From: Limnochordaceae bacterium
GTDB taxonomy: Bacteria > Bacillota > Limnochordia > Limnochordales > DUMU01
Direction: 5' to 3'
Assembly: GCA_014896305.1 (NCBI GenBank)
Contig: JADBKQ010000002.1
Span: forward strand, 65,670 to 129,669
Length of the DNA stretch: 64,000 nucleotides
Below the pieces are notes generated by a model. That model had not been told where the DNA came from, searched no databases, and was given only the letters and a program-made list of their open reading frames with translations. Positions 18,471 through 27,766 of this stretch are shown here, in pieces; the stretch's first letter is position 1; every line of letters begins with the position of its first letter. The position numbers were made by a program, and so were the translations under genes.

Positions 18471-18651
18471 TCCTACCCGCTCCCTCCGTATCTCTTGTTG
18501 GTCTCAGCCTCGTTGCGCAGCCCGGGGAAGTTTCTCCTTCCCGTCGCCTTTGTCCTTCCCCATGTTCTCCATGGGAGAGCCCAGGTTGGCGGCACCAGCG
18601 TCCACGGCGCAAAGACCTGCTCTTGCGGCGGCCGGGGGCAGTGCAGCCGTA

Positions 18652-18666
18652 CATTGTGCTACAATG
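18652..18666 (+). promoter_or_regulatory. bcp promoter: extended -10 (TGC-TACAAT) embedded in the palindrome CATTGT-gct-ACAATG
   Basis: TACAAT is at 18660-18665 with TG at 18657-18658. A 6-3-6 perfect inverted repeat covers 18652-18666, about 43 nt upstream of the bcp ATG. Confidence 0.4.
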
Positions 18667-18708
18667 ACAAGCAGGAACTATTCCTAATAAGAAAGAGGGA
18701 CGTGAGAG

Positions 18709-19170
18709 ATGACAGTCGAGCAGGGATCTGTATTGCCCAGGATTTGCGGTCTGACCCAGGACGAAAGTGAACTTGCCCTGGACGCCTGGCGGGGACATTG
18801 GGTGGTCCTCTACTTCTATCCCAAGGACAACACGCCGGGTTGCACCCGTGAAGCGCAGGCTTTCAACGAGCACCGGGCCGACTTCGAAGCTCTGGGTGCC
18901 CGAATCGTGGGGGTCAGTGCCGACAGCCCCGCCTCACACCGACGCTTCGCCGACAAGTACGGGCTGCAATTCCCTTTGATCAGCGACCAGCGCAAAGAGA
19001 TCATCCAGGCACTGGGTGTCTTGAACGACAAGGGCACCGGCGCCCGTCGTTCCACGTTGATCATTGATCCGGAAGGGGTCATCCGGCACGTCTTCTCGCG
19101 CGTCACGGTAGATGGCCATGTGGACGAGGTCCTGGCCAAGCTACGCGAACTGCAACGTAGCGGTAACTGA
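18709..19170 (+). CDS. bcp: Thioredoxin-dependent peroxiredoxin Bcp
   Basis: The peroxidatic Cys motif 'YFYPKDNTPGCTREA' is present. 153 aa. Confidence 0.9.
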   Translation: MTVEQGSVLPRICGLTQDESELALDAWRGHWVVLYFYPKDNTPGCTREAQAFNEHRADFEALGARIVGVSADSPASHRRFADKYGLQFPLISDQRKEIIQALGVLNDKGTGARRSTLIIDPEGVIRHVFSRVTVDGHVDEVLAKLRELQRSGN

Positions 19171-19225
19171 CCCAACTGAGGCCGAAACACCTTTCCCGTC
19201 AATCCAGAGATGGGCGGCAGGGGGA

Positions 19226-19303
19226 AAACACGAACATTGTGTCGACAACTTACTCATAATATTCGGCTTTCGCTTGACGTCATCAGGCTGTGAGGGGTAC
19301 ACT
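19226..19303 (+). promoter_or_regulatory. Two inverted PurBox-like sites followed by a promoter (TTGACG -18 nt- TACACT) upstream of purB
   Basis: AAACACGAACATT (19226-19238) and AATATTCGGCTTT (19258-19270, reverse orientation) each match 11/13 positions of the remembered PurR PurBox consensus AWWWCCGAACWWT. TTGACG is at 19274-19279 and TACACT at 19298-19303. Confidence 0.5.
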
Positions 19304-19354
19304 GTGGGTGGTTGCCGCCCGATCACTACCTCGGATTTGGGAAGGAGCGCCACG

Positions 19355-20770
19355 GTGGACCCCTTTGCCAACCTGAGCCCTCTCGACCACCGCTATGCGG
19401 TGGAGGATCCTGCGCAGTTTGCCCGACTCAGTCAATACCTTTCGGAAGCCGCTTACCTTCGCTATCAGCTGGCGGTGGAAGTAGCCCTGGTGAAAGGGCT
19501 GGTGAAGATGGGGATCGCCCCTGCTGCTGCCGCAGAAGATATCGAACGTGCCGCTCAGCTGGTCACCCCGGCCGAGGTCGCCGCCGAAGAGGAGAAGACC
19601 CACCACAACATTCGGGCCCTGGTGAACTGCTTGCAGCGCCGCGTCAGCGAGTCGCACCGCCCTTTTATTCACTGGTCCGCCACGTCCATGGACATTCTGG
19701 ACACGGCGAGAGCTCTGCAGTACCGGGATGCCACGCGTGAACTCATTGCTCCTGCCCTCGGAGAGCTGGAGCAGTGCTGGATCGAACAGACCCGTCGTTA
19801 TGCCCATACTCCTCAAATCGGACGGACACACGGTCAACACGCCGTCCCTGTCACCTTCGGGTTTGCCCTGGCCTGGTATGTGCAGCGCCTGGGTGACCGC
19901 ATGGAGACGATTCTGTCAGCTGCGCGACGCCTGAGGGGGAAAATGGCGGGCGCCGTCGGCGCTTACAACGCTGCCTCTTTGCGGGTGAGCGATCCCCAGC
20001 AGCTAGAAGCGGTGGTGCTGGGGGAACTGGGGATCAAACCAGCGCTTATCTCCACCCAAATCGTTCCGCCGGAAGCGGTGCTAGATTGGGCCCACGGTCT
20101 GGTCAGCACGTTCGGTGTGCTGGCCAACTTCGCTGACGACATGCGCCATCTGCAGCGAACGGAGATCGGTGAGGTGGGCGAGGCGTTCACTGCGGAGCAG
20201 GTTGGCTCATCGACGATGCCTCACAAACGTAACCCCTGGAACTTCGAGCACGTCAAAAGCTTGTGGAAAGAGTTTCTGCCGCGTATCCTCACGGTCTATA
20301 TGGATCAGATCTCGGAGCATCAACGCGATCTCACTAATTCGGCTTCGGGCCGCTTTCTGCCGGAGGTGGCGGCGGGGCTGGTTCAAGCGGCGGACCGGCT
20401 GACCCGTTTCAGCCGCCGTCTGGTGGTAGATGAGACTCGCATGCGGGCCAACCTGGAGCGGTCGGCCAACCTGTTCGTCGCCGAGCCTCTGTACATCCTC
20501 TTGGCGGCCGCCGGCCATCCGTCTGCCCATGAGGCCGTACGACGGCTGACATTGTCACCCCAGGCGGGGAAAGAGTCACTGGCCGAGTTGGCGCTGGCCG
20601 ACGAAGAGCTGGCCCCATACCTGCAGCGGCTTTCGGCCACGGAGCGGGAGCTGCTGCACCAGCCGGAGCAGTACCGGGGGCTGGCTGTGCAAAAAGCGCA
20701 GGACATCGCCGCGCACTGGGCCGGACAGCTCCAGCAGTGGCAAAGCACAGGTTGGGGGTTGTCAGCGTAA
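19355..20770 (+). CDS. purB: Adenylosuccinate lyase
   Basis: 'LSPLDHRY' near the N-terminus and the fumarate-lyase signature 'GSSTMPHKRNP'. The start is GTG 19355, 7 nt after GAAGGAG. Confidence 0.9.
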   Translation: MDPFANLSPLDHRYAVEDPAQFARLSQYLSEAAYLRYQLAVEVALVKGLVKMGIAPAAAAEDIERAAQLVTPAEVAAEEEKTHHNIRALVNCLQRRVSESHRPFIHWSATSMDILDTARALQYRDATRELIAPALGELEQCWIEQTRRYAHTPQIGRTHGQHAVPVTFGFALAWYVQRLGDRMETILSAARRLRGKMAGAVGAYNAASLRVSDPQQLEAVVLGELGIKPALISTQIVPPEAVLDWAHGLVSTFGVLANFADDMRHLQRTEIGEVGEAFTAEQVGSSTMPHKRNPWNFEHVKSLWKEFLPRILTVYMDQISEHQRDLTNSASGRFLPEVAAGLVQAADRLTRFSRRLVVDETRMRANLERSANLFVAEPLYILLAAAGHPSAHEAVRRLTLSPQAGKESLAELALADEELAPYLQRLSATERELLHQPEQYRGLAVQKAQDIAAHWAGQLQQWQSTGWGLSA

Positions 20771-20798
20771 GCGGACGAGGGCGAGAGGGGGAGCATCT

Positions 20799-21539
20799 AT
20801 GCAACGAGGCGAAAAGTTGTACGAAGGCAAGGCCAAGGTGGTTTACGCTACGGACCAGCCGGACCAGCTCTTGATCGAGTTCAAAGACGAGGCGACCGCT
20901 TTTGATGGTAAAAAGAGAGGCACGATCGCACAGAAGGGTGTCCGTAATGCTGCGATCACAGCAGTAATCTACCGCTATCTCCAAGATCATGGGATTCCCA
21001 CTCATTTCCTGGCTCAGGTCAGTGATACCGTTTTGCTCGTACGGAAGGTCAAGATCATTCCTTTGGAAGTCGTCGTCCGCAATATTGCTGCTGGCTCGTT
21101 TTGTCGGCGGTTGGGCTGGCCGGAAGGGCAGACCCTGTTCAATCCTCTGGTGGAATTCTTCTATAAGGATGACCGCCTGGGCGATCCCCTGTTGACCGAA
21201 GACCACATCCAGTTGCTACGCCTGGCAACGCCGGAGCAAGTAGAACGTCTGAAAACTCTGGCTTTGCAGGTGAACCAGTTGCTGCAGCGCTTTTGGAGCG
21301 AGCGGGGCATCGTGCTGGTCGACTTCAAGCTCGAGTTTGGCCAAACCCCGACGGGAGAGATTCTGCTGGCGGACGAGATATCCCCTGACACCTGTCGCCT
21401 CTGGGATGCTTCCACCGGCGACAAGCTGGACAAGGATCGCTTTCGCCAGGACCTGGGACGGGTCGAGGAGGCGTACGCAGAGATCCTGCGCCGGGTCACC
21501 TCGTCGCCAGCGGCGACCCCAGCCGAGAGGGGGAAGTAG
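20799..21539 (+). CDS. purC: Phosphoribosylaminoimidazole-succinocarboxamide (SAICAR) synthase
   Basis: 'KLYEGKAKVVYATD...LIEFKDEATAFDGKK'. A GAGGGGGAG SD lies upstream. Confidence 0.95.
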   Translation: MQRGEKLYEGKAKVVYATDQPDQLLIEFKDEATAFDGKKRGTIAQKGVRNAAITAVIYRYLQDHGIPTHFLAQVSDTVLLVRKVKIIPLEVVVRNIAAGSFCRRLGWPEGQTLFNPLVEFFYKDDRLGDPLLTEDHIQLLRLATPEQVERLKTLALQVNQLLQRFWSERGIVLVDFKLEFGQTPTGEILLADEISPDTCRLWDASTGDKLDKDRFRQDLGRVEEAYAEILRRVTSSPAATPAERGK

Positions 21540-21542
21540 ACG

Positions 21543-21833
21543 GTGCGATTTCGAGTTTCTGTACGGATCTGCCTGAAGCCGGGCGTTCTTGATCCCCAAG
21601 GCCAGACGGTGGAGGCGGCGCTCCACAGCCTGGGCTATACCGGGGTGCAAGGGGTGGGGGTCGGCAAGGCCATCGAGTTTATCCTGGAGGCCAGTTGCCT
21701 GGCGGAGGCAGAAAGCCAGGTCGAAGGCATGTGCCGCCAGCTGCTGGCCAACCCGGTGATGGAGCAGTACGAATGGAAAGTGGAGTCCGTAGCCGAACGG
21801 GCTTCGGATGAGGAGAGGGCGGTGCGGGCGTGA
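21543..21833 (+). CDS. purS: FGAM synthase subunit PurS
   Basis: 'VRICLKPGVLDPQGQTVEAALHSLGY'. The start is GTG and the gene sits between purC and purQ. Confidence 0.9.
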   Translation: MRFRVSVRICLKPGVLDPQGQTVEAALHSLGYTGVQGVGVGKAIEFILEASCLAEAESQVEGMCRQLLANPVMEQYEWKVESVAERASDEERAVRA

Positions 21834-22633
21834 ACGCCATCGGGGTCGTCGTCTTTCCCGGCTCCAACTGTGATCAGGATTGCCTGTGGGCCCTGTCTGT
21901 GTTAGGGGCGGAGGCGGTTCCGGTCTGGCACGAGTCTACGGACCTGAGTGGCCTGGTCGCTCTCATCTTGCCGGGCGGCTTCTCGTATGGTGATTACTTG
22001 CGGGCCGGCGCCATCGCCCGGTTCTCCCCGGTGATGCAGGCAGTCGCCCGCCAGGCGGAGGCCGGCCTGCCGGTGCTGGGGATTTGCAACGGTTTCCAGA
22101 TCCTGTGTGAAGCAGGACTCCTACCGGGAGCGCTACTCCCCAACGTCAGTGGCCGGTTTCAGTGTGAACCGGTGCACGTTCGCGTCGAGACCGCTCGCAC
22201 TCCGGTGACGGCTACCTGCGAACCTGGCACAGTCCTGCAGCTACCGATTGCGCATGCCCAGGGCCGGTACTTTGCCCCCGACGCCGCTTTAGCCGATCTG
22301 GAAGCCCGTGAGCAGGTCGTTTTTCGCTACGTCAACGCCGCGGGTGAGCCGACGCCGGAGTCCAATCCCAATGGTTCGCTGCACGCCATCGCGGGTGTCT
22401 GCAACCGGGAAGGCAACGTAATAGGGATGATGCCCCACCCGGAGCGGGCGGTTCATCCGCAGCTGGGAAGCACGGACGGGCGGCTGTTGCTCGCGGCACT
22501 GCAGAAGGTCGGAGTGAGCTGGCGGGGGCCGGGCACTGACGGCGGGGGCGGCCAAAGAGCGCCCGCAGCCGCCAGCGTCGAGCTCAACGCGCAAGCAGCG
22601 GCCGGCAGCGGGGGAGGGAGGCAGTGGCAATGA
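21830..22633 (+). CDS. purQ: FGAM synthase glutaminase subunit PurQ
   Basis: '[12 protein letters not shown]', catalytic Cys 'GICNGFQIL' and 'MMPHPER'. There is a GTGA overlap with purS. About 40 aa of Gly/Ala-rich C-terminal extension are present. Confidence 0.93.
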   Translation: MNAIGVVVFPGSNCDQDCLWALSVLGAEAVPVWHESTDLSGLVALILPGGFSYGDYLRAGAIARFSPVMQAVARQAEAGLPVLGICNGFQILCEAGLLPGALLPNVSGRFQCEPVHVRVETARTPVTATCEPGTVLQLPIAHAQGRYFAPDAALADLEAREQVVFRYVNAAGEPTPESNPNGSLHAIAGVCNREGNVIGMMPHPERAVHPQLGSTDGRLLLAALQKVGVSWRGPGTDGGGGQRAPAAASVELNAQAAAGSGGGRQWQ

Positions 22634-25083
22634 CGAACGAAGGTGTCTGCCCGGGCGCCAGGGTTCACTCCGTGAGCAAGGGAACGGAGATGAGCGACCA
22701 TCCCTGGCGTCAGCATGGGATGAGCGATGCGGAGTACGAACGCATCGTTGAGCTGTTGGGCCGTCACCCCAATCCTCTCGAGCTTGGCTTATTTGCTGTT
22801 CTCTGGTCGGAGCACTGCGGCTACAAGCACTCCCGGCGGGCGCTGCGCCGTTTTCCCACCCGGGGCCCCCAGGTGCTGGTCGGCCCGGGCGAGAACGCCG
22901 GGGTGGTGGACGTCGGGGGCGGCCTCGCAGTCGCTTTCCGGATGGAAAGCCACAACCATCCCTGCGCCGTTGAGCCCTACCAGGGGGCGGCCACGGGCGT
23001 GGGGGGTATCATTCGGGACATCTTGGCGATGGGGGCCCGCCCCATCGCGCTGCTCGACTCCCTGCGTTTTGGCCCCCCAACCGACCCGCACTCCGTCCGG
23101 ATTGCCCAGGGAGTGGTGGCCGGCATCGCCGGTTACGGCAACTGTGTTGGCGTCCCCACAGTCGGAGGGGAGATCGCCTTCGACCCGGCTTACGCCGGTA
23201 ACCCGCTCTGCAACGTTGTCTGCGTGGGAGTCCTCCCCCGAAACCGTCTGACCCGGGCCGCTGCCCATAGTGTCGGGAACATTTGTGTCCTCGTGGGACA
23301 GCACACCGGGCGAGACGGCATTCACGGGGCGACCTTCGCCTCGGTTGAGCTGGACGAGAGTTCGGAGTCCCGGCGGCCGTCGGTTCAGGTGGGAGATCCT
23401 TTCCGAGAGAAGCTGGTCATTGAAGCCTGTCTGGAAATCGTGGAGCAAGGGCTGGCGGCGGCCATCCAGGACATGGGCGCCGCCGGCATCACCTCCTCAT
23501 TGGCGGAGACCGCCGCCCGGGGCGGCACCGGGGTGGAGGTGGAAATTGACGCCGTGCCCCAACGAGAGCCCGGGATGACCCCTTACGAAGTGATGCTCTC
23601 CGAGTCTCAAGAGCGGATGCTGGTCATCGTTGAACCGCAGAACGTCGCCGCTGTCCAGACTATCTGTGCAAAATGGGGCGTGCAGGCAGCCCCGATCGCC
23701 CGGATAACCGAGGATGGTCTTTTCACGGTTCGCTGGCATGGGGAAGTGGTCGGCCAGGTGCCGGTTCGATTCCTGACCGAAGACGTTCCCGCCTATGATC
23801 CCCCTGCCCGTCCACCGACCTATCTGTCCACGACCCGGCAGCTACAGGCGGCCGCCTTTGCGTGGGTGAACGAGGTGCAAGGCCGCCTGTCGCCGGCCGA
23901 GCAGCTGCTGGCGCTTCTCGCCAGCCCCACAGTGGCCAGCAAGGCCTGGGCCTATCGCCAATATGATCACCAGGTGCAGACGCGCACACAGCTTCTGCCC
24001 GGTCAGGCGGATGCCGCTCTGCTGTGGTTGAAGGAGAGCCCCACCCGGTCGCAGGCGATTGCGTTGGCGACGGATGGGAACGGTCGTCTGTGCTACCTGG
24101 ATCCGCGCCGGGGCGGCCGCCGGGCAGTGGCGGAGGCCGCCCGCAATGTGGCCTGCACCGGGGCGCGGCCGGTCGCGCTCACCAACTGCCTGAACTTTGG
24201 CAACCCGGATGATCCCGAGATCTTTTGGCAGTTTACCGAGGCGATCGCCGGGATGAGCGAAGCGGCCGAGGCGCTGGGGACGCCGGTGACGGGCGGCAAC
24301 GTGAGCTTCTACAACGAGTCCGGGCAAGGAGCGATTCATCCCACGCCCGTCGTCGGCATGCTGGGCGTGGCGGAACAGGCACAGCGTTGCCGGGGGCTTG
24401 CGCCGACCGGCGTCGGGCAACCGTTGTTGCTGCTGGGAGCTCTTTATCCGCCGGGTTGGCCGGATCGTCCGGAGCAGGCCCTGATCGAGTCCCTGGCGGG
24501 CAGCCAGTACCAGGCGCTATTCGGTTCGTCGCTGGCAGGGCAGCCGGCCGATGTCGATCTGGAGCTGGAACAAAAAGTGCAGCAAGGGCTTTTGGCCCTG
24601 TATGAACGAGGCTGGGTCACAGCGGCCCACGACTGTAGCGAAGGTGGGCTGGCGGTCACCCTGGCCGAGATGGCCCTGGCTGCGGGAATAGGGATCCGGG
24701 CGACGCTCCCCGACGGGCAGGGGCGGCTCACAGCCGTGTTGGCTGCCTTTGGCGAGTGGCCCTCCCGGGTGGTGGTCGCCTTGCACGAGCGGAAACAGGT
24801 GGGGGAGGTCCAGCGGCTGTTGGCGGCGGACGGAGTCATTTCTATCTACCTGGGTGAAACCACAGCTGAGCCGCTGCTTCGGTTGATGACCGGGAAGGCA
24901 GAGGACTGGCTGGCGTTGGATCTGGCCGCCCTGCGGCAGGCGTATCAGACCATCCCCTTTGCCAGGGCCGCCAGTAACGCCTGTAGCGGGGCCGTCGAGG
25001 AAGCCCGAGAGGCGGGCGGAGCATGCCATGTCGGCCAGCAACAGGGTCCTTTGGACAATGGGGTTAGTCAGGGCAGGGGGTAG
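22630..25083 (+). CDS. purL: FGAM synthase subunit PurL
   Basis: Motifs 'LWSEHCGYKHS' and 'ESHNHP'. There is an ATGA overlap with the purQ stop, after a GGGAGGGAGG SD. Confidence 0.93.
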   Translation: MTNEGVCPGARVHSVSKGTEMSDHPWRQHGMSDAEYERIVELLGRHPNPLELGLFAVLWSEHCGYKHSRRALRRFPTRGPQVLVGPGENAGVVDVGGGLAVAFRMESHNHPCAVEPYQGAATGVGGIIRDILAMGARPIALLDSLRFGPPTDPHSVRIAQGVVAGIAGYGNCVGVPTVGGEIAFDPAYAGNPLCNVVCVGVLPRNRLTRAAAHSVGNICVLVGQHTGRDGIHGATFASVELDESSESRRPSVQVGDPFREKLVIEACLEIVEQGLAAAIQDMGAAGITSSLAETAARGGTGVEVEIDAVPQREPGMTPYEVMLSESQERMLVIVEPQNVAAVQTICAKWGVQAAPIARITEDGLFTVRWHGEVVGQVPVRFLTEDVPAYDPPARPPTYLSTTRQLQAAAFAWVNEVQGRLSPAEQLLALLASPTVASKAWAYRQYDHQVQTRTQLLPGQADAALLWLKESPTRSQAIALATDGNGRLCYLDPRRGGRRAVAEAARNVACTGARPVALTNCLNFGNPDDPEIFWQFTEAIAGMSEAAEALGTPVTGGNVSFYNESGQGAIHPTPVVGMLGVAEQAQRCRGLAPTGVGQPLLLLGALYPPGWPDRPEQALIESLAGSQYQALFGSSLAGQPADVDLELEQKVQQGLLALYERGWVTAAHDCSEGGLAVTLAEMALAAGIGIRATLPDGQGRLTAVLAAFGEWPSRVVVALHERKQVGEVQRLLAADGVISIYLGETTAEPLLRLMTGKAEDWLALDLAALRQAYQTIPFARAASNACSGAVEEAREAGGACHVGQQQGPLDNGVSQGRG

Positions 25084-25088
25084 GCAAG

Positions 25089-26702
25089 GTGTGCGGAGTC
25101 TTCGGGATCTGCGCCCAACAGAGTGAGGAGAGCCGGCTGGATGCCGCCCATCTGACCTACCTCGGCCTTTTCGCCTTGCAGCACCGGGGGCAAGAAAGCG
25201 CCGGCCTGGCCGTGGCCACTGTCGAGAGGCCCACCAACCTGCTGCTCCACAAAGAGATGGGGCTGGTCAGTGAGGTGTTTACCCGGGAGGTTCTGGCAGG
25301 GCTGCCGGGCGGGGCGGCGATTGGTCATGTACGATACTCCACGACCGGCGCCAGCTGCCGGGAGAACGCCCAGCCGTTGCTATCCATCACTTCCCACGGG
25401 CCGGTGGCGGTGGCCCACAATGGCAACCTCGTCAACGCCACCGCCTTGCGCAAGCGGCTGTTGGCGGCCGGGGCCCTGTTTCAGACCTCCACCGACACCG
25501 AGCTGCTCCTTGCCCTGATCGCCCAATCCGCCGCAGACGATCTAACCGCTGCCGTAGCCCAGGCACTGGCTGCTGTGCGCGGCGCGTATGCGCTGGCTAT
25601 CCTGGGACGGAACCCTCAGGGTGAACCGCTCTTGATCGGGGCACGCGATCCCTATGGCTTCCGCCCCCTCGTGGTTGGCCGTCGGCCCGACGCCTACGTG
25701 CTCGCCTCTGAGAGCTGTGCGCTGGCGGCGGTAGGGGCGACCGTCGTTGCCGAACTGGAACCCGGCCAGGCCGCCATCATGACTCCGGCCGGGTTACGGC
25801 TCGAGACCTGGTTTCCCGCTCGCCCCCGTTCGCTGTGTGTCTTTGAGTACATCTACATTGCCCGCCCGGACTCGGAGTTGGAATATGGCAGTGTCCATCG
25901 GGTCCGCCAGGAGATCGGCCGGCAGCTGGCCCGGGAGAGCCCGGTGGAGGCCGACGTGGTCATCCCCGCACCTGACTCGGGCACGTCGGCCGCCCTCGGC
26001 TACAGCCTCGGCTCGGGAATCCCTTTTGATCTGGGCCTTATCAAGAACCGCTACATGGGTCGGACGTTTATCCAACCGGATGAGAGCGAGCGAGAGCTGG
26101 GGGTGCGGATCAAGCTCAACCCGGTACGTGCCGTCCTGGCGGGGCAGCGGGTCGTAGTGGTGGACGATTCCATCGTACGGGGCACGACCAGCCGCAAAAC
26201 CGTACGGCTGCTACGGGAGGCAGGGGCGAAGGAGGTTCACCTGATGATCTCGTCGCCTCCGTACCGACACGCTTGTTACTATGGGGTAGACACCAGCGAT
26301 GAGGAGAAGTTGATCGCCCGCCACCACTCCGTGGAAGAGATCCGTCAGCTGATCGGCGCCGATTCGCTCCATTTCCTCTCTGTAGAGGGCTTGCTGGAAG
26401 CGGTTGGACGAGGAGCGACGGCGTTCGGGCATACAGAGGGGGCGGCAGCCGCCGGGTCACCCGGGCGGTCCGAGCCTGGGCAGGGGGTAGGGCAGGTTCC
26501 TTTCGGCCTGTGCACGGCCTGCTTCAGTGGTCAGTATCCGACGGAACTGCCGGCCCGGGGACGGCCGCGCAAAGATGATCTGGAAGGAAGAAAACAAAAT
26601 GGGCAGCAACTGCGAGAACCAGAACCCGACCGAGAACCGGAGGGAACAGCCGATGGCGACGTCGTCGACCCCAGGATCGATTCCCAGCCCCTCGTCTCCT
26701 AG
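25089..26702 (+). CDS. purF: Amidophosphoribosyltransferase
   Basis: Ntn start 'MCGVFGI', PRPP motif 'VVVVDDSIVRGTT' and Fe-S Cys region 'CTACFSGQYP'. About 40 aa of charged C-terminal extension are present. Confidence 0.93.
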   Translation: MCGVFGICAQQSEESRLDAAHLTYLGLFALQHRGQESAGLAVATVERPTNLLLHKEMGLVSEVFTREVLAGLPGGAAIGHVRYSTTGASCRENAQPLLSITSHGPVAVAHNGNLVNATALRKRLLAAGALFQTSTDTELLLALIAQSAADDLTAAVAQALAAVRGAYALAILGRNPQGEPLLIGARDPYGFRPLVVGRRPDAYVLASESCALAAVGATVVAELEPGQAAIMTPAGLRLETWFPARPRSLCVFEYIYIARPDSELEYGSVHRVRQEIGRQLARESPVEADVVIPAPDSGTSAALGYSLGSGIPFDLGLIKNRYMGRTFIQPDESERELGVRIKLNPVRAVLAGQRVVVVDDSIVRGTTSRKTVRLLREAGAKEVHLMISSPPYRHACYYGVDTSDEEKLIARHHSVEEIRQLIGADSLHFLSVEGLLEAVGRGATAFGHTEGAAAAGSPGRSEPGQGVGQVPFGLCTACFSGQYPTELPARGRPRKDDLEGRKQNGQQLREPEPDREPEGTADGDVVDPRIDSQPLVS

Positions 26703-27765
26703 ACCGACCGGCTCGGGTGAACGTGTGACACCGACCAGCTACCGGCAGGCCGGGGTGGATATGGAGGCTGGCTATGAGACGGTCCGGCGGATTCGGGAGT
26801 TGGCCCGCCGTACCTACCGGCCGGAGGTGCGGGGAGACATCGGCAGTTTCGGAGGCTTCTTTGCCCTCGACCCAACCCGTTGGCGCCGGCCTTTGCTCGT
26901 CTCTGGCAGCGACGGAGTGGGCACAAAGCTGAAGATCGCCTTCCTGCTAAACCGCCACGATACGGTGGGGATCGACTGCGTCGCCTACTGCGTCAACGAC
27001 ATCCTCTGCCAGGGGGCTGAACCCCTCTTTTTCCTGGACTATTACGCCACCGGGCACTTGGACCCGGCCCGAGCCGAGCAGGTGGTAGCCGGCGTGGCCG
27101 AAGGTTGCCGGCAAGCAGGCTGCGCCCTCATTGGCGGTGAGACGGCGGAGATGCCCGGCTTTTACCCAGAGGACGAATACGACCTGGCCGGGTTTGCCGT
27201 AGGCGTGGTGGAAGAAGAACGGGTGATCACCGGGCAGCGGGTTCGTCCCGCGGACGTCCTGCTGGGCCTGGCCTCCACGGGCTTGCAGTCCAGTGGGTAC
27301 TCGCTGGTCCGTAAGATTGTGCTGGAGCAGCGTCGCTTGCCGCTGGACCGGTACCTGCCCGAGCTAGGACGTACGCTCGGGGAGGAACTGCTGGCGCCGA
27401 CGGCCATTTACGTCCGGCCGGTGTTGCGATTGTTGCGGGTAGTGGACGTTCACGGGCTAGCCAATATCAGCGGCGGCGGCCTGCCGGAGAATGTGCCGAG
27501 GGCGATGGGGGAGGGCAAGGTGGCCCGTGTGCGGGTGGGCAGCTGGCCCGAGCCCCCCATCTTCGACCTCCTGCGTCACTGGGGACCGGTTGAGGAGGAA
27601 GAGATGCGTCGTACGTTCAACCTCGGATTGGGCATGGTGGCCATCCTTCCGACCGATCAAGTGGATACGGCCCGGCGGCTGCTGCAGGCGGAAGGGATCG
27701 CCAGTTGGCCGGTGGGGGAAGTGGTGGCCAGCAGCGACGGGCGAAAGGGTGTGGAGTTTGTCTGA
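26653..27765 (+). CDS. purM: Phosphoribosylformylglycinamidine cyclo-ligase (AIR synthase)
   Basis: Motifs 'YRQAGVDMEAG', 'GSDGVGTKL' and 'DCVAYCVNDI'. ATG 26653 lies 8 nt after GGAGGGA. ATG 26599 is an alternative start. The gene overlaps the purF 3' end out of frame. Confidence 0.9.
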   Translation: MATSSTPGSIPSPSSPRPTGSGERVTPTSYRQAGVDMEAGYETVRRIRELARRTYRPEVRGDIGSFGGFFALDPTRWRRPLLVSGSDGVGTKLKIAFLLNRHDTVGIDCVAYCVNDILCQGAEPLFFLDYYATGHLDPARAEQVVAGVAEGCRQAGCALIGGETAEMPGFYPEDEYDLAGFAVGVVEEERVITGQRVRPADVLLGLASTGLQSSGYSLVRKIVLEQRRLPLDRYLPELGRTLGEELLAPTAIYVRPVLRLLRVVDVHGLANISGGGLPENVPRAMGEGKVARVRVGSWPEPPIFDLLRHWGPVEEEEMRRTFNLGLGMVAILPTDQVDTARRLLQAEGIASWPVGEVVASSDGRKGVEFV

Positions 27766-27766
27766 C

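Noticed and set aside
18471-18708. Possible yybP-ykoY (Mn2+) riboswitch in the VIT transporter leader
   Set aside because: The minus-strand leader contains GGGGAAGGAC and GAGACC, which are reminiscent of the conserved GGGGAGUAG and (A)AGACC elements. However, they are only about 60 nt apart with a single hairpin between them, which is too short for the four-helix architecture. The resemblance is kept only as the twin-hairpin observation.
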